DNA of 63,923 nt, counting the filler, from Craspedostauros australis (taxonomy: Eukaryota), in assembly GCA_030167865.1 (NCBI GenBank). It is 6 parts of 6 records of this genome, joined end to end, with 100 filler letters (N's around TTAATTAATTAA, not from the genome) between each part and the next. Parts side by side here need not be neighbours in the genome. Positions count along the whole stretch, not along the records: positions 11,636 to 17,786 come from JALAGF010005818.1; positions 17,887 to 25,009 come from JALAGF010005820.1; 4 more parts are not named here. One strand, written 5' to 3'. The notes under the pieces are model-generated. The model searched no databases. It was not told the DNA's origin and was given only the letters and a program-made list of their open reading frames with translations. Below are positions 11,593 through 23,600 of this stretch, in pieces; the first letter of the stretch is position 1; each line of letters begins with the position of its first letter. The translations under genes and the position numbers were made by a program.

Positions 11593-13171
11593 NNNNNNNN
11601 NNNNNNNNNNNNNNNNNNNNNNNNNNNNNNNNNNNAATAATGAACAGCCTTGCGCCACCACAGACAAACAACACACTGGAGTATGTAACTGTTGTGCAGG
11701 GGTGATGCGTTTTGTGGACAACCGATATGTCCCTTTCGTGACATCGCTTATGGAAGATCACCTTGCGGAACATGCGACAGAATTGGAGTCGATGCTCAAT
11801 GCCGCACCNNNNNNNNNNNNNNNNNNNNNNNNNNNNNNNNNNNNNNNNNNNNNNNNNNNNNNNNNNNNNNNNNNNNNNNNNNNNNNNNNNNNNNNNNNNN
11901 NNNNNNNNNNNNNNNNNNNNNNNNNNNNNCTGGACCACAAACAGAAAATTCTTCCGACTGGCCAAGGCGAAGCTCAACAAGAATACTGGGGCAAGAAGGG
12001 CATGTCTCTGTTGGGTGCAATGGTGATCACATGTCACAATGACACACTCACTTATTGCTTCATTGATATCATTGTGAAGGGGAGGCCAACTCAAGACACC
12101 CTCCAAGTTGGCGGGCTTCTCGAAATTGTGCAACAACAGGTGAGAAAAATTCTTCCATTGGTCACCGAAATTGTCATCCAATACGATAACGCGTCTTGTT
12201 TCACGAGCCACGAGCACATCCCGCTGATCACATCAGTGCTGAACAAGAACCTTGGAACGCAAAATTTCCCCAAGATTGCGGCCTGGATCTACACCGAAGC
12301 CCAAACCGGAAAAGGCCGCCTCGACACGCACTTTGCGTACATCACTGTTGTGTTGCGAGCCTACGTGCTGGAGGACAATGACATCAAGACGGAACACCAA
12401 CTTTTCGATGCATTGGAAGCTGGCAACATCGCAGGAACAACCACGGTTTTGGTGGATGCAGAATGCCTTGAGGGGCGTGTCCTGAGTTTCCCCGGCATGC
12501 CAAAGAAGCGTTTCTGCGCGAAAGGGCAAAAGGTACGCCAAACGCACAAGGTCAAGTTCGGAGACGATGAGGCCAATTTGGTGGCGGCATCTGGTGTCAC
12601 AGATGACGTACTTGTCCCATGTGTGGAGTGGGAGGGATGGGAAATCAACCGGCTGGGTGTCCGCACGATCGCAGCGCACACGTCAGGAAAGGAACTGTTC
12701 ACCGCCGAATCGCCAAAGAAGAAGAAGAAGACGCGAAAGTGGGGTGCTACTGCGGTGGAGAGCAAGGCACTCGTGTTTCGCGATGCATTGGAGATGGGGC
12801 AAGGAGAGCTACCACACGACCACACCGCAAAATTGAAAGACCAGACCGCGGAAGCCGAAATCCCCCGACTCGCGGTGAAGGGCTGGGCAGTGAAAACAAC
12901 GCGCAGCAACGCGGAGTTACCACGGTACGTACTGCAGAAATTGGATGAAATGAGCACGGCCGCCAAAAACGACCCGAAAAATCGACCAACAGAACACGAA
13001 GCGCACCGTCGACTGAAGGAGCTGGAGGGAACAGAGACTGATTGGTTCACGCAATTGCACGGAAGTCCAATAGAGGAGTTTCGCATTCCACTCACCCAGT
13101 CACGACCAGTCCCACGAGGGAGTCATAACCTGATAGAGACATTTTCCCGGGGGGTGACGAGAAATCACCCC

Positions 13172-13234
13172 CTCGCTGAGTGGAAATGATTTCCACTTCT
13201 GCAGCAGAAGTGGAAATCATTTCCACTCAGCGAG
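13172..13234. repeat. Perfect 63-bp palindrome (31-bp arms, 1-nt loop); each arm contains the palindrome AGTGGAAATNATTTCCACT
   Basis: CTCGCTGAGTGGAAATGATTTCCACTTCTGC-A-GCAGAAGTGGAAATCATTTCCACTCAGCGAG, read directly. Confidence 0.95.
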
Positions 13235-13609
13235 TCCTGGCAAAAGTGTCACTTCCACTTGGATAATAGACTTTGGCCAATCATGTTGTGTTATTTCGTT
13301 CTAGTTTAGTCCTTCTTGTCCTCCACATCCGTCTACGTTGGCCGCCATCGTAGACTTTTGCGTTCGTTTTGGAACAACAAAGAGAAAAACATCATCCATC
13401 ACATCGCCATCACATCACCGTCACATCACCATCGCTCGATTCTCTCATCTCGATTCTCTCATTCTAAGACAATCATCCGTCACAACCCACCTCATGACTA
13501 CACCTCGATGCTCCACATCGACCAACACCTTGCACGAGACATCAACATCACCACCAAATACCACCACACGTGTCGCTTCTGACGTGTAGTCTTCTTCCTG
13601 CTATTCGTC

Positions 13610-14962
13610 ATGGACGGCTCTCCTCCTCCCACGGATCCATCCATTGCTCCGTCGGAGACCAACAGCGACAGCGAGGTCACGACGAGCGGAATGACTGGCG
13701 CACCGGCGACCTTCGTCTTCCCACCATCAGTGTTGGGCAAGGATGAGAAACTCCCACCTGGTTTCGAACGCTGCACTTACAGGTTCACGGTGGCGCAACC
13801 TCCAGCCAACGTTGGTGCTGCCTTCGACGCGCGCAATGGCGACGACGTCAACGCGATGGCCGACTCTGGGAAGCCTCGTGCTTCACCATCAGCCACCCAT
13901 CAGCCTCCGGCAGAACCATCACCACCAAGCAACAGCAACAGCAGCAGCAGCAGCAACAACATCAAGAAGCGGGCGTACCGCCGCAAGAAGGCGCCTGTGC
14001 CTCCTTCCGTATCATCTGCGGTGGCGGCAGCCAGTGATGGCAACACGCCAACCTCTCCCAATTATCCCGCTCCCATCGCCCGCAAATCCAGACCAAAATT
14101 CTTCCCTCCCATGTTCTACAATATGAAGGGGAAGGTGGACCACTTCCCATGGCTGGTGACCCCTCAGCCATGCGACCGAATCCTCATTGACGTCATCATG
14201 AGGAGTCTCAAAAAGCCTTGGATACCGCCAATCGGAGTGGCATGGAGTGCAATCCGCAATGCGGTGCACGTCGAGAATTCGTCGGTGTTTCCCACTGTCC
14301 CGCAACAAAAAGGGCTGAAGGGGAGATTCGAGAATCTCATGCGCTTCACAGCTCTGTACAACCACACCCATCCTCGCAGGAGCGGCATGGCTGAGTCTGT
14401 GAAGTTGTGGCTGGATAATCTCACTGACCTCCAGCAGGAGCGCCAGGAGTATATTGACGATGTCATCGCATCGCAAACAAGAATCGCTGGGCGCAAGAGG
14501 ATCACCGCAATGCAGCAGCATCGCATGCTAGGACTGCGCCCTCCTCAAATGCAAACACAAGTTGGAGCAGCAGCAACAGTGCAGCAACAGAATGTGGCGG
14601 CGCGTGGAGCAGCAGCAACGGTGCGGCGAGAGAATGTGGTGGCAAGCAATGGAGCAGCAGCAACGGCGCGGCGACAGAATGTGGCGGCAAGCAACGGCGA
14701 CGATGCGACCTCGAGTTTGTCTTCTGTGGAGGCGGTGGCTTCTCCGAAGCGATCACGAAACGCGCAGGAGCAGATTCAGTGCACAGTTGGTCTCCTGGAG
14801 AAGCTGGACGAGACTCAGCGTCAGTTTCAAGCGTGGCTCGCTACAGCCACGCCTCCGATTCGTGCGGGACGCAGAGAAGATTCTCCGATTGCGGCATCGC
14901 TCGCCGCTTCTCCGATCGCTCCAACTGAGGGGGCAGCGGCTTCCAACGATGGCAACACCGCC

Positions 14963-14993
<31 letters not shown>

Positions 14994-15277
14994 GCGATCT
15001 CCTCCAGGTCATGTTGAATCAGCAACAACTGATGCTCAACATGAACCGCCATCTGGAGGAGGATAGGAACCGGATGCAGCGCGAGACCTCGCAGTTGCGC
15101 GAGTCGCAAATGCAACTCTCATCCGATGTCAGGTCTCTCGTGAACGCCATGTCCGAAGCTCGACACCACCAGAACCACGACACCGACACCGACACCAACC
15201 ACAACAACAACAACGACGACGACGGCGACGGCGAGAACAGCAACAGCCACAACGGCAACGACGACGCGGGAAAATGA
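13610..15277 (+). CDS. Harbinger accessory protein (Myb/SANT-like segment, coiled coil, low-complexity regions)
   Basis: 555-aa ORF inside the TIRs. The segment DRILIDVI...AWSAIRNAV...LKGRFENLM...RSG resembles Myb-like Harbinger partners. Three 42-45-bp internal repeats at ~14563-14695. Confidence 0.75.
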
Positions 15278-15692
15278 TACTCACCCATTCTTTCGTCTCT
15301 GCATATTTCCACATTCCATACCTTCTTTCCCGCAACCCCTCACATCTCGCAACACATCAACCCACCCATTCGTCGATACTTTCGCCGATCCAATTCGCCG
15401 ATCCATCCTTCAATGCATGCATCCATCCATTCCTCTCTCCACACACGAGACACTCCGCCACAGCATACAGAGCGACACCAAGTAGAGAAGCCGATGCACT
15501 GAATCCCTTGTGCGCACAGCTGCATGCTTCCTTCCGCGTTGACATGCATTCCATCAGAAAACCATTCCCAGCATTCGCTCACTGCACGCAGCACAACCCA
15601 CACGACACAAATGCCCGCGCGCCATGAGTACTACATAATAGTTAGTTGAATACGTATTACATGTACCTCATTAATTCTAACTGTGTGTATGA

Positions 15693-17015
15693 TCATGGGA
15701 TCAGGTCGATGTATTCTTCGAATGTGAGCTTGTGCGATTGGTACCGTGCAGACTGCTGATTACCATTCATGGTGCAATGAATGTTGGCGAGGAATGCAGC
15801 AACAAAATGAATGAGTGTGAGAGGATTCTGTAGTGTTTTGTTGGCGTTGCGAACGCTCACCAAGGGAAAATTCTTCGTGATCTCCTTGAATGCCCACTCA
15901 ACACAGATGCGACCCGACGACATGTCCTTGTTGCACTGCGCCTCGGAGGACCCTGGAACAGTGTCCTTGTATGCAGCAAATATGTATGGATTAGTAGGAT
16001 ATGCTGGATCGCCGTAGAGACGATATGGAGGATTGTTCTCATCCAATGGCATGAGAGCCTCCAATCGCTGTTCGATTTGGCTTTGCTGGAACATGTACCC
16101 GTCACTGCGAGCACCCGCAATTGGCCCAAAATAGTGAATGAGCAACCCATCTGGCGCAACAATGGCTTGATAGTGCAGCCCATGACCACGTTTATAGCCA
16201 GAGTAGAGGTCCTCTTGATTCACCTTGGGACGACAGGTTTCCCAGAACGTGCCGTCGACATACCCGAACACATCGTCCACCAAGCCGTGGGTGAGACGGT
16301 GATTGTTCTCCGCATAGTCAGCGAATCGAGTATGAAACAAACCGATGTCACTCAGGTACGGTTTGCCAATGTTGTAGAAGTAGGAGTAGAAAGTGGAGGC
16401 AATACTGGAAATGCGGACGCTGTCCATGCTGAATCTCTGCTCCATGTCACACAGCCGTCCGCGATGTGCCAGACGGAACAACATGACGAGCAATCCCATT
16501 TCGTATGATACCGTGTATCGATTCTTCACCTGAATGCATGCAGGATCGGCCTCACCAGACACTGCCTGAAACTTGGGCCAGAGACGGTCAGCCAGACGTT
16601 GAAGATCACGCACACGAAAACGAAAGTGACGAACACTTTCGCGTTCGTCCAGTTCCGCGATGGCAATGTTCCTGTTGGTGAACACGGGAGGAGGTCCCAA
16701 TGGAGTGAGGTAGAGTTGCTGCATTTGTAGCACATGACGGCCCAATGCGACGATGTTGCTACAGTGCTGAACCAAAATCGCGACGCCTGCATAATCCAGA
16801 CGTTGGAAGTCGATGTCTGCAAGCTGAGCGATGGCAGCCTCGAATCGAGCGCTGGCTTCTTGCAATGCCTGACGCTCGGGAACAGTATTCCAATTACGAT
16901 GGACCATGGCAACGATGGTAAGCAGTGGTCGAACGTGTGGAGGAGCTGTGTGTGCGAAGGTGCGATGAACACAGAAGAATTGAAGGAGCAGCGAGCATTG
17001 CATGACATGTAGCAT
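15693..17015 (-). CDS. HARBI1-like DDE transposase (DDE_Tnp_4); true start may be the internal MVHRN
   Basis: FGYVDGT, YSGYKRGHGLHYQAIVAPDG, LYGDPAY and RICVEWAF give an intact catalytic D-D-E. Confidence 0.92.
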   Translation of the reverse strand: MLHVMQCSLLLQFFCVHRTFAHTAPPHVRPLLTIVAMVHRNWNTVPERQALQEASARFEAAIAQLADIDFQRLDYAGVAILVQHCSNIVALGRHVLQMQQLYLTPLGPPPVFTNRNIAIAELDERESVRHFRFRVRDLQRLADRLWPKFQAVSGEADPACIQVKNRYTVSYEMGLLVMLFRLAHRGRLCDMEQRFSMDSVRISSIASTFYSYFYNIGKPYLSDIGLFHTRFADYAENNHRLTHGLVDDVFGYVDGTFWETCRPKVNQEDLYSGYKRGHGLHYQAIVAPDGLLIHYFGPIAGARSDGYMFQQSQIEQRLEALMPLDENNPPYRLYGDPAYPTNPYIFAAYKDTVPGSSEAQCNKDMSSGRICVEWAFKEITKNFPLVSVRNANKTLQNPLTLIHFVAAFLANIHCTMNGNQQSARYQSHKLTFEEYIDLIP

Positions 17016-18481
17016 GGAGAGAACGCATCATGCAACATCAAAAAGGAACAGATGATGTGTTGTGACACTCATGGCCAAAATGTGACGCTCTTCGGGAGAA
17101 GCCAAAGGGAACATGTCTAAATTAGATACCCTATAGATGGCGCGAACGGTTATTGACTCCACGTAATCCAAGCAGTATTCTGTCACGCACCAGTCCTGTG
17201 CAGTTTCCGTCACTCGAGAGTCAATGTCGGTGTGACACGTCGTCTGGGGGCCTCTGAGTGGAAATCGAAACAATGCGAAACTCCTCTAATGCGCGTGAAA
17301 TCGCACCTGACCGCGGCGTACTACAGCTCACAACGAGACGCGAAGAAAACAGCCACGGCAGCAGGTACGACCAACAACAACAACAAAATGGCATCAGGAT
17401 CATCACCATCACCATCACCACCATCACCAACAGCAATTGCTATGGAACCAACAGGTACGAAACCATCAGATAAGCAGAAGAGCCAAGAAGAGGAAGAGAT
17501 GGAAGAAGAGGAAAGGGAGAATAGGATGTGGTGTGAGGCCAACACCACCAGGAGGCACGCGGAGAACGAAGAGATGGTCCCGCAAGAAGTGAGGGATGCG
17601 ATTCGNNNNNNNNNNNNNNNNNNNNNNNNNNNNNNNNNNNNNNAACAAAATAAGGACTAATTAATTCAAAATGTGAACAAATTCGCCAAAACCAAGAACA
17701 CGAACACGTTATTTTGGATCGAACTTGTCGGATGTCTATCGCTCAGTTTAGGAGTGGTCCAAAAAAGCGCACATTGACAGGTCCATNNNNNNNNNNNNNN
17801 NNNNNNNNNNNNNNNNNNNNNNNNNNNNNNTTAATTAATTAANNNNNNNNNNNNNNNNNNNNNNNNNNNNNNNNNNNNNNNNNNNNCTGAAACTGCGCGC
17901 GAGAGATTTTTGGCGCGCGGGTTGTTGGGTCGTGCGTGACAAATGATTCACGAGTGCCAACGAAATCGAACCAATCGGTTGGCGGCTCCAATACCAACAA
18001 AACGCAAACGTACGGAAATGGTGTGGAGTTGGGTAAAGTTACAGGATCAGCATCCGTGTGCTCAGACCCACCTTCATCACAGGAGGCCGTGTTCATCATT
18101 CCGTCGGCGATCTGGGAACACCAGTCACACATCTGAACTACCCATCATTGCAGGAGCGTGTTCCGCATCATTGCGTGTGAAGGTCTGTTGATGTGTTGGT
18201 GTTCTGATTCTGCCTCTACTCATCGATGTTTGATGGCGGACCAGCTCCAAGAGCGGAATCTCAGGCTGCTCATATGGATGAATGACTGATGAGACGAAGT
18301 CAAGGCTGACCTGGGAAGGAAGCGCTGCACTGCGTACTGCGAACAGGAGTCGGGGACAACACGTACTCCAACTTTGATGCTCAGCACTGTGTTCTGTGTG
18401 TTTGTGAAAGCCGTGACTGTTTGTTCGTTGTATGTTTTCCAATGATGACTGTTTGACAGCACAAGACGGCCATTGTAGAAT

Positions 18482-18698
18482 CAAACAGGGATACGTGTGA
18501 AACGGTTAAAACGGGGTTAACGTGCGAACACGGGCATCGCCCAACAACAGGAGAACAGTGTACTCNNNNNNNNNNNNNNNNNNNNNNNNNNNNNNNNNNN
18601 NNNNNNNNNNNNNNNATCCTACACGACCCTATAACCCTTATAATCTGAATCCTTTGGGTTTGCAACCCTCAATGACAATGCATGTGTGTGTTAACTTG
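18482..18698 (+). repeat. 5' LTR (contains an N gap)
   Basis: Identical to 24752-24925 where sequenced. Confidence 0.9.
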
Positions 18699-19171
18699 GT
18701 TTATCATTACGCATCCGCTTACGCGGGCCATGCGCAAGCACGCGGGGACCGCCTGAAGAGGCGATGACAATACTGGGACCCCGCTCTGAGGGTGGACCGC
18801 CGTGAGCCGGCACAGCTTGGAATCGTGTTGCATCCCCTTTGACAATGATGTTCTGGTACATATTGGCCGGTGCCAGAGGGATGTACTCCCACCGTTCGCT
18901 TTGGCGTGGTGTGGATGGCAAGACAAGGTGGACGCACCGACCGCAGGCCACGCGGAACCCCTACTGAGACACACGCTCCTACTGAGTGAAAGATCGTGTG
19001 CCTTGTTGCCACATCCGTGCTTCTCAACGTGGGTCGAAATACCGACACACACACACCGAAAACTCACAAGACGAAACACGCTCTGTCCCAGTGGAGGTTT
19101 CTGTCACAATCCAACACCTTGTTGCTTTTTCCTTTTCCCTTTTTGCATACAACAACCGTACGACAGCCAAC

Positions 19172-20653
19172 ATGTTGACCAACAGCGACGAGATCCGCAA
19201 CTACCTTACCAACGTCATGGGTTTCACCAAGGCCGACATTGGCGAGGCACTCAGTGCACAGGGACTGAATACCTTTGACGACCTGTCGATGTTCTCCGAT
19301 GACGACTTGCAAACACTCTGCGATCGTATCCGTAAGGGCAGCGGTCTCGTAGCCAACCCAGCACAGACATCGGGCAACCGCTCTACTACTCCGGCACAAA
19401 TCAAGGATCCCGGAGTCACTATCGGATGGGTGCATGAACTAAAGCTCCGGAAGCTCCGCTATGTGCGCTTCCATTTCGATCGAATCCAGCGTCCTTTCTC
19501 TGCTGCCGAAGCACCGATTGAGCGTCTCAACGCTCTCTGGTCTCTTTTTGAAGAAGAAGTCCGTGCGAAAGACTCGCCTTCAATAGACTTGCCCGATCCC
19601 CTCACTCGTGTGGACAACGTCCGCGAGACGCTCGAGGATATCGCCAACTATCTCGAAAACATGCTTGGAGCAAGCGACACCCCACTGTCCTACATTATCC
19701 GCGAGAATCCTCTCAAGCCTGAAGACAGAATGCCAGCTGTCAACACTCCGTTTGGCTTCCCATCCCTCAAAGAGGAACTCATCGACAGGGCTGCCCATGT
19801 AGGCCTCAAGCATAAGGCCGACAACGCGGCCGTATGGCAGGTCATTCGCCATGTGACCCACGGTGGACCGGCATGGAACTGGGTGCAAGGCAATGAGCGG
19901 TCCCAAGACGGACGCACTGCATACCTGACACTCCAAGAACACTACCGCGGTGACTCCTACCAAGTCCAAACCAAGGCAACCGCGACCGGCATCATCAACA
20001 ACACCTTCTACGATGGCAAGTCACGCAACTTTACATTCGAGACGTACACCCAACGCTTGAACTCTGCCTTCGAAGATATGGCTGCATGTGGTGAACCACT
20101 CGTCGAGGACGCCAAAGTCCGGCACCTGATGCATGGCATTCGTGTGCCACACCTCACCACCGCGTGTGATGCCATCATGCTCAACGAAAGCATCCGTACC
20201 AGCTTCCCCGCCACCGTGAATGCACTCAGCGAAGTGATTGGCCGAAAACAGGCATCGACTCCCACGCGTCAAATCTCGTCCATGGGACGTAACAGCAACG
20301 GCGGCGGTCGTGGCGGTCATTACCGTGCCAACAAACCAGGACGTGGAGGTCAAGGACGGACCAAACAATACAATCCCAACATGGTCATCACTGACCGTCA
20401 TTATCTCCCTGAGGAATGGGCCGTCATGTCGTCCGCTCAGAAGGCACGCGCATTGGAGTTACGCGGCGCACGTGACAAGCGCCGCGGTGTGATGTCTGTT
20501 GGCCGAGGCAGTCCGGCGAAACGCACTCGTGAGGATACGGACGGCCATTACGGGCCCCCTACCCCACCAAATCAGAACGGCAACACTGGTACCAATCAAA
20601 CCGCTGGCATTGGTTCCATGATGTCTCGCCGCAACCAAAATAACCGTTCCTGA
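19172..20653 (+). CDS. gag: CoDi gag
   Basis: ATG at 19172. PLSYIIRE, DNAAVW, DGRTAYLTLQEHYRG and FYDGKSRNFTFETY are typical of diatom CoDi gag; RG-rich tail. Confidence 0.88.
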   Translation: MLTNSDEIRNYLTNVMGFTKADIGEALSAQGLNTFDDLSMFSDDDLQTLCDRIRKGSGLVANPAQTSGNRSTTPAQIKDPGVTIGWVHELKLRKLRYVRFHFDRIQRPFSAAEAPIERLNALWSLFEEEVRAKDSPSIDLPDPLTRVDNVRETLEDIANYLENMLGASDTPLSYIIRENPLKPEDRMPAVNTPFGFPSLKEELIDRAAHVGLKHKADNAAVWQVIRHVTHGGPAWNWVQGNERSQDGRTAYLTLQEHYRGDSYQVQTKATATGIINNTFYDGKSRNFTFETYTQRLNSAFEDMAACGEPLVEDAKVRHLMHGIRVPHLTTACDAIMLNESIRTSFPATVNALSEVIGRKQASTPTRQISSMGRNSNGGGRGGHYRANKPGRGGQGRTKQYNPNMVITDRHYLPEEWAVMSSAQKARALELRGARDKRRGVMSVGRGSPAKRTREDTDGHYGPPTPPNQNGNTGTNQTAGIGSMMSRRNQNNRS

Positions 20654-23600
20654 TCGCAGCATGGAGGGAACCAACAGATCACGTCTGTACATCTCTCCTT
20701 GTCAGCTAACACGCCGCGAGCGGAACTTGACGCACACGCTGACACATGTTGCTTTGGCGACACTGCGTACATTGTGCACACCACGAACCAGACTGTGACA
20801 GCAACCCCCTTTCTTGACTCACTCGGGAACATCGACAACGTGCCAATCGTCACGGCAGTGATAGCATATGATGATCCTGTAACATACCAAACATTTGTTC
20901 TTTTCTTCCCACAATCGATCTACTTTCCTCGTCTTGAGCACCCGTTATTGTGCCCGAACCAGATGCGAGCTGCTGGTGTTGTTATTAATGATGTTCCATT
21001 ACTCATGATCAATGAGGATGAACGGAAACCGGAGGATCACTCGGTGATCTCCTCCCTTAACAACCTCCATATCCCGCTCCAACTACGTGGCACCATATCG
21101 TACTTCCACACAAGAAAACCGACACGACAAGAAGTCCAATCCGACCATGATTGCATCCATGTCATGATGACACAGGAGTCCACCTGGGACCCAGCACACT
21201 GGTCAGCAGGGGACGACGAGGACGCCATCAGAACGACCGTCCCCACAACTTCAACATCCATGTCGCCAACCATCCTACGCGACATCAAGGCAGTCAGCGG
21301 AACGCAGTCCTCCAATCGAAAGGGGACGATCACGCCTGAAGCACTGGCACGACGCTGGCGCATCGGTGTTGATGCGGCTACACGGACGTTACAGGCCACG
21401 ACGCATCTAGCCATGCGCGACTTCCGCAATACAACAGGCACACGACGACTCAACCCGTATGCCATGCAACTGCGCTATCGTCGCTTGAACACACAAGTGT
21501 ATGCCGATACAATGCATGCGAAAACGAAATCCATCCGTGGCAACAAATATGCAATGATATATTGCACACCATTCCACTGGGTTCGTGTGTATCCCGTGAC
21601 AGAACGCAAGAACGCACACCTCACCCTTGATGAGATGTTTCGCGATCACGGCATTCCCCACACAATCATACCTGACAACGCAAAGGAGCTCGTGGCTGGC
21701 GAGTTCCGACGCAAACTGCACAAGGCGCAAGTGTCTATCCGTCCGATCGAGGCGTACATACACAACCAAAACCGTGCAGAGGCGACTATCCGCGAACTGC
21801 GTCGCCACTATCGCCGCTTGATGACTTCCACTAACACGCCCGAATATCTGTGGGATTACTGCTTTGAATACTGCGCGGAGATCCGAAGTCACACAGCGCT
21901 ATCTGTATACGATCTGCATGGTGAAACACCCGCCACCATCCTGTCAGGCAATACAGCCGACATCTCACATATTGCCGAATTTGCATGGTTTGACTTCGTC
22001 TGGTATATCAACATACAGGATGCCTCCATGAACGTGAAGCAGCTCGGACGCTATCTGGGGCCAAGCCGTTCTGTCGGCGAGGCCATGTGCTCGTACATAC
22101 TCACCGCCAATGGCGTCGTTGTTTCCAAGTCCTCTGTCTTGCCTCTTTCACATGATGATACGAACGACGACGTGCTCAAACAAAAGCAAACCGATTTCAT
22201 GACCAAACTGAGCACCAAATGGAACAAACGCATGGAAGGCATGGTGCCAGATGACGACGGCGACGAAGTCGATGACACCGCCGCCGATATCGCCTACCTA
22301 CAGAACACAGAGCCATTGGAACCCATCGTCGAACCCGAAGACGTCGCCAGCGAAGTGTACGACCGGTACATAACAGCGAAGGTCGTCCTGCCGACAGGGG
22401 ACGAGATGCGATTCGGCACTGTGAAACGGAGGAAACGAGACGCAGATGGCAACCTCATCGGCCATTCGCATCACAACCCGATGCTCGACACATCACGCTA
22501 TGAGGTCGAATTCCTCGACGGGCACCAAGAGGCATTCAGTGCCAACCAGATCGCAGAAAACATCTACGCTCGTGTCGACGACGATGGATATGAGACCGTC
22601 CTCATGGACGAGATCATCGATCACAAACGCTTACCCTCTGTCTCTTTTGCTTCTCACAAAACGAAATCCACGAAAGGATGGAAACTATGTATACGCTGGA
22701 AGGACGGATCAACCTCATGGATACACTTACGCAACGCGAAGGAGGCCGACCCCGTCCGTGTGGCTGAATACGCAGAGGCCAATCTGCTTGTGAATGAACC
22801 AGCCTTCAAGTGGTGGGTGCCGCACACCCTCCGCAAGCGACAGCGCATCATCATGGCAACCAAACGGAGACAAGTGCGCAAACAAGAGATGTTCGGTGTT
22901 GCGCTACCGACCTCCGTGCGACATGCGCTTGCCATCGATGCGGAATCGGGCACTGATATGTGGCGCAAAGCGATCGAAAAGGAGATGAAAGCCGTACGCC
23001 CTGCCTTCGATATCAAAGAGACCGACACTCCCAATCCCGTTGGACATCAATACATGGAGTGTCACATGATCTTCGCAGTGAAGGTCGACCTCACACGAAA
23101 AGCGCGATTGGTGGCTGGTGGCCACATGACAGAGGCACCGGCGGCCATCACCTATGCGAGTGTGGTGTCACGCGAGAGCGTGCGCATCGCATTCATGCTT
23201 GCCGCACTCAATGACTGCGACATACTGGCCGCCGACGTCCAAAACGCATACCTGAATGCACCGTGCAGAGAGCGCATATACACGCGATGCGAACCCGAGT
23301 TCGGGTCCGACCAAGGCAAGATTGCCGTCATCTGTCGGGCCTTGTACGGCCTGAAATCCAGCGGAGCCGCTTGGCGCGCGCATCTGGCTGAGACACTGCG
23401 CGATTCGATGGGATACACATCCTGCCGCGCAGACAGCGACGTCTGGATGAAACCAGCTGTGGCGAGCGATGGGTCAGAGTATGATGAATACGTGCTTGTG
23501 TATACAGACGACATCCTTGCGGTGTCCAAACAACCCCAGCGCATCCTAGATGCAATCGGCTCACACTTCTTCCTCAAACCGAGTTCCATCGGCCCTCCTA

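Larger units (their letters stand above)
13072..17287. mobile_element. Complete PIF/Harbinger (PHIS group, Pangu-like) DNA transposon, 4.2 kb
   Basis: Perfect 16-bp TIRs AGAGGAGTTTCGCATT (13072-13087) and AATGCGAAACTCCTCT (17272-17287); AAT duplication at 13069-71 and 17288-90; two convergent ORFs. Confidence 0.92.
11702..17660 (+). pseudogene. Sola-like (probably Sola3-type) DDD transposase gene, 5'-incomplete, split by the Harbinger-group insertion (coding 11702-13071 + 17291-17660)
   Basis: Motifs DHKQKILP...EAQQEYWGKKGMS, QYDNASCF and YTEAQTGKGRLDTHFA. Removing 13072-17290 gives in-frame ...GSPMRVKSHLTAAYY... The superfamily call is from motif recall only. Confidence 0.7.

Noticed and set aside
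11536..11635. TTAATTAATTAA repeats as biological motifs, and gene neighbourhoods across them
   Set aside because: They are always embedded in N runs and are artificial scaffold linkers, so adjacency across them is not real.
18699..18720. Primer-binding site assignment for the CoDi element (GTTTATCATTACGC)
   Set aside because: I cannot match it confidently to a tRNA without a search.
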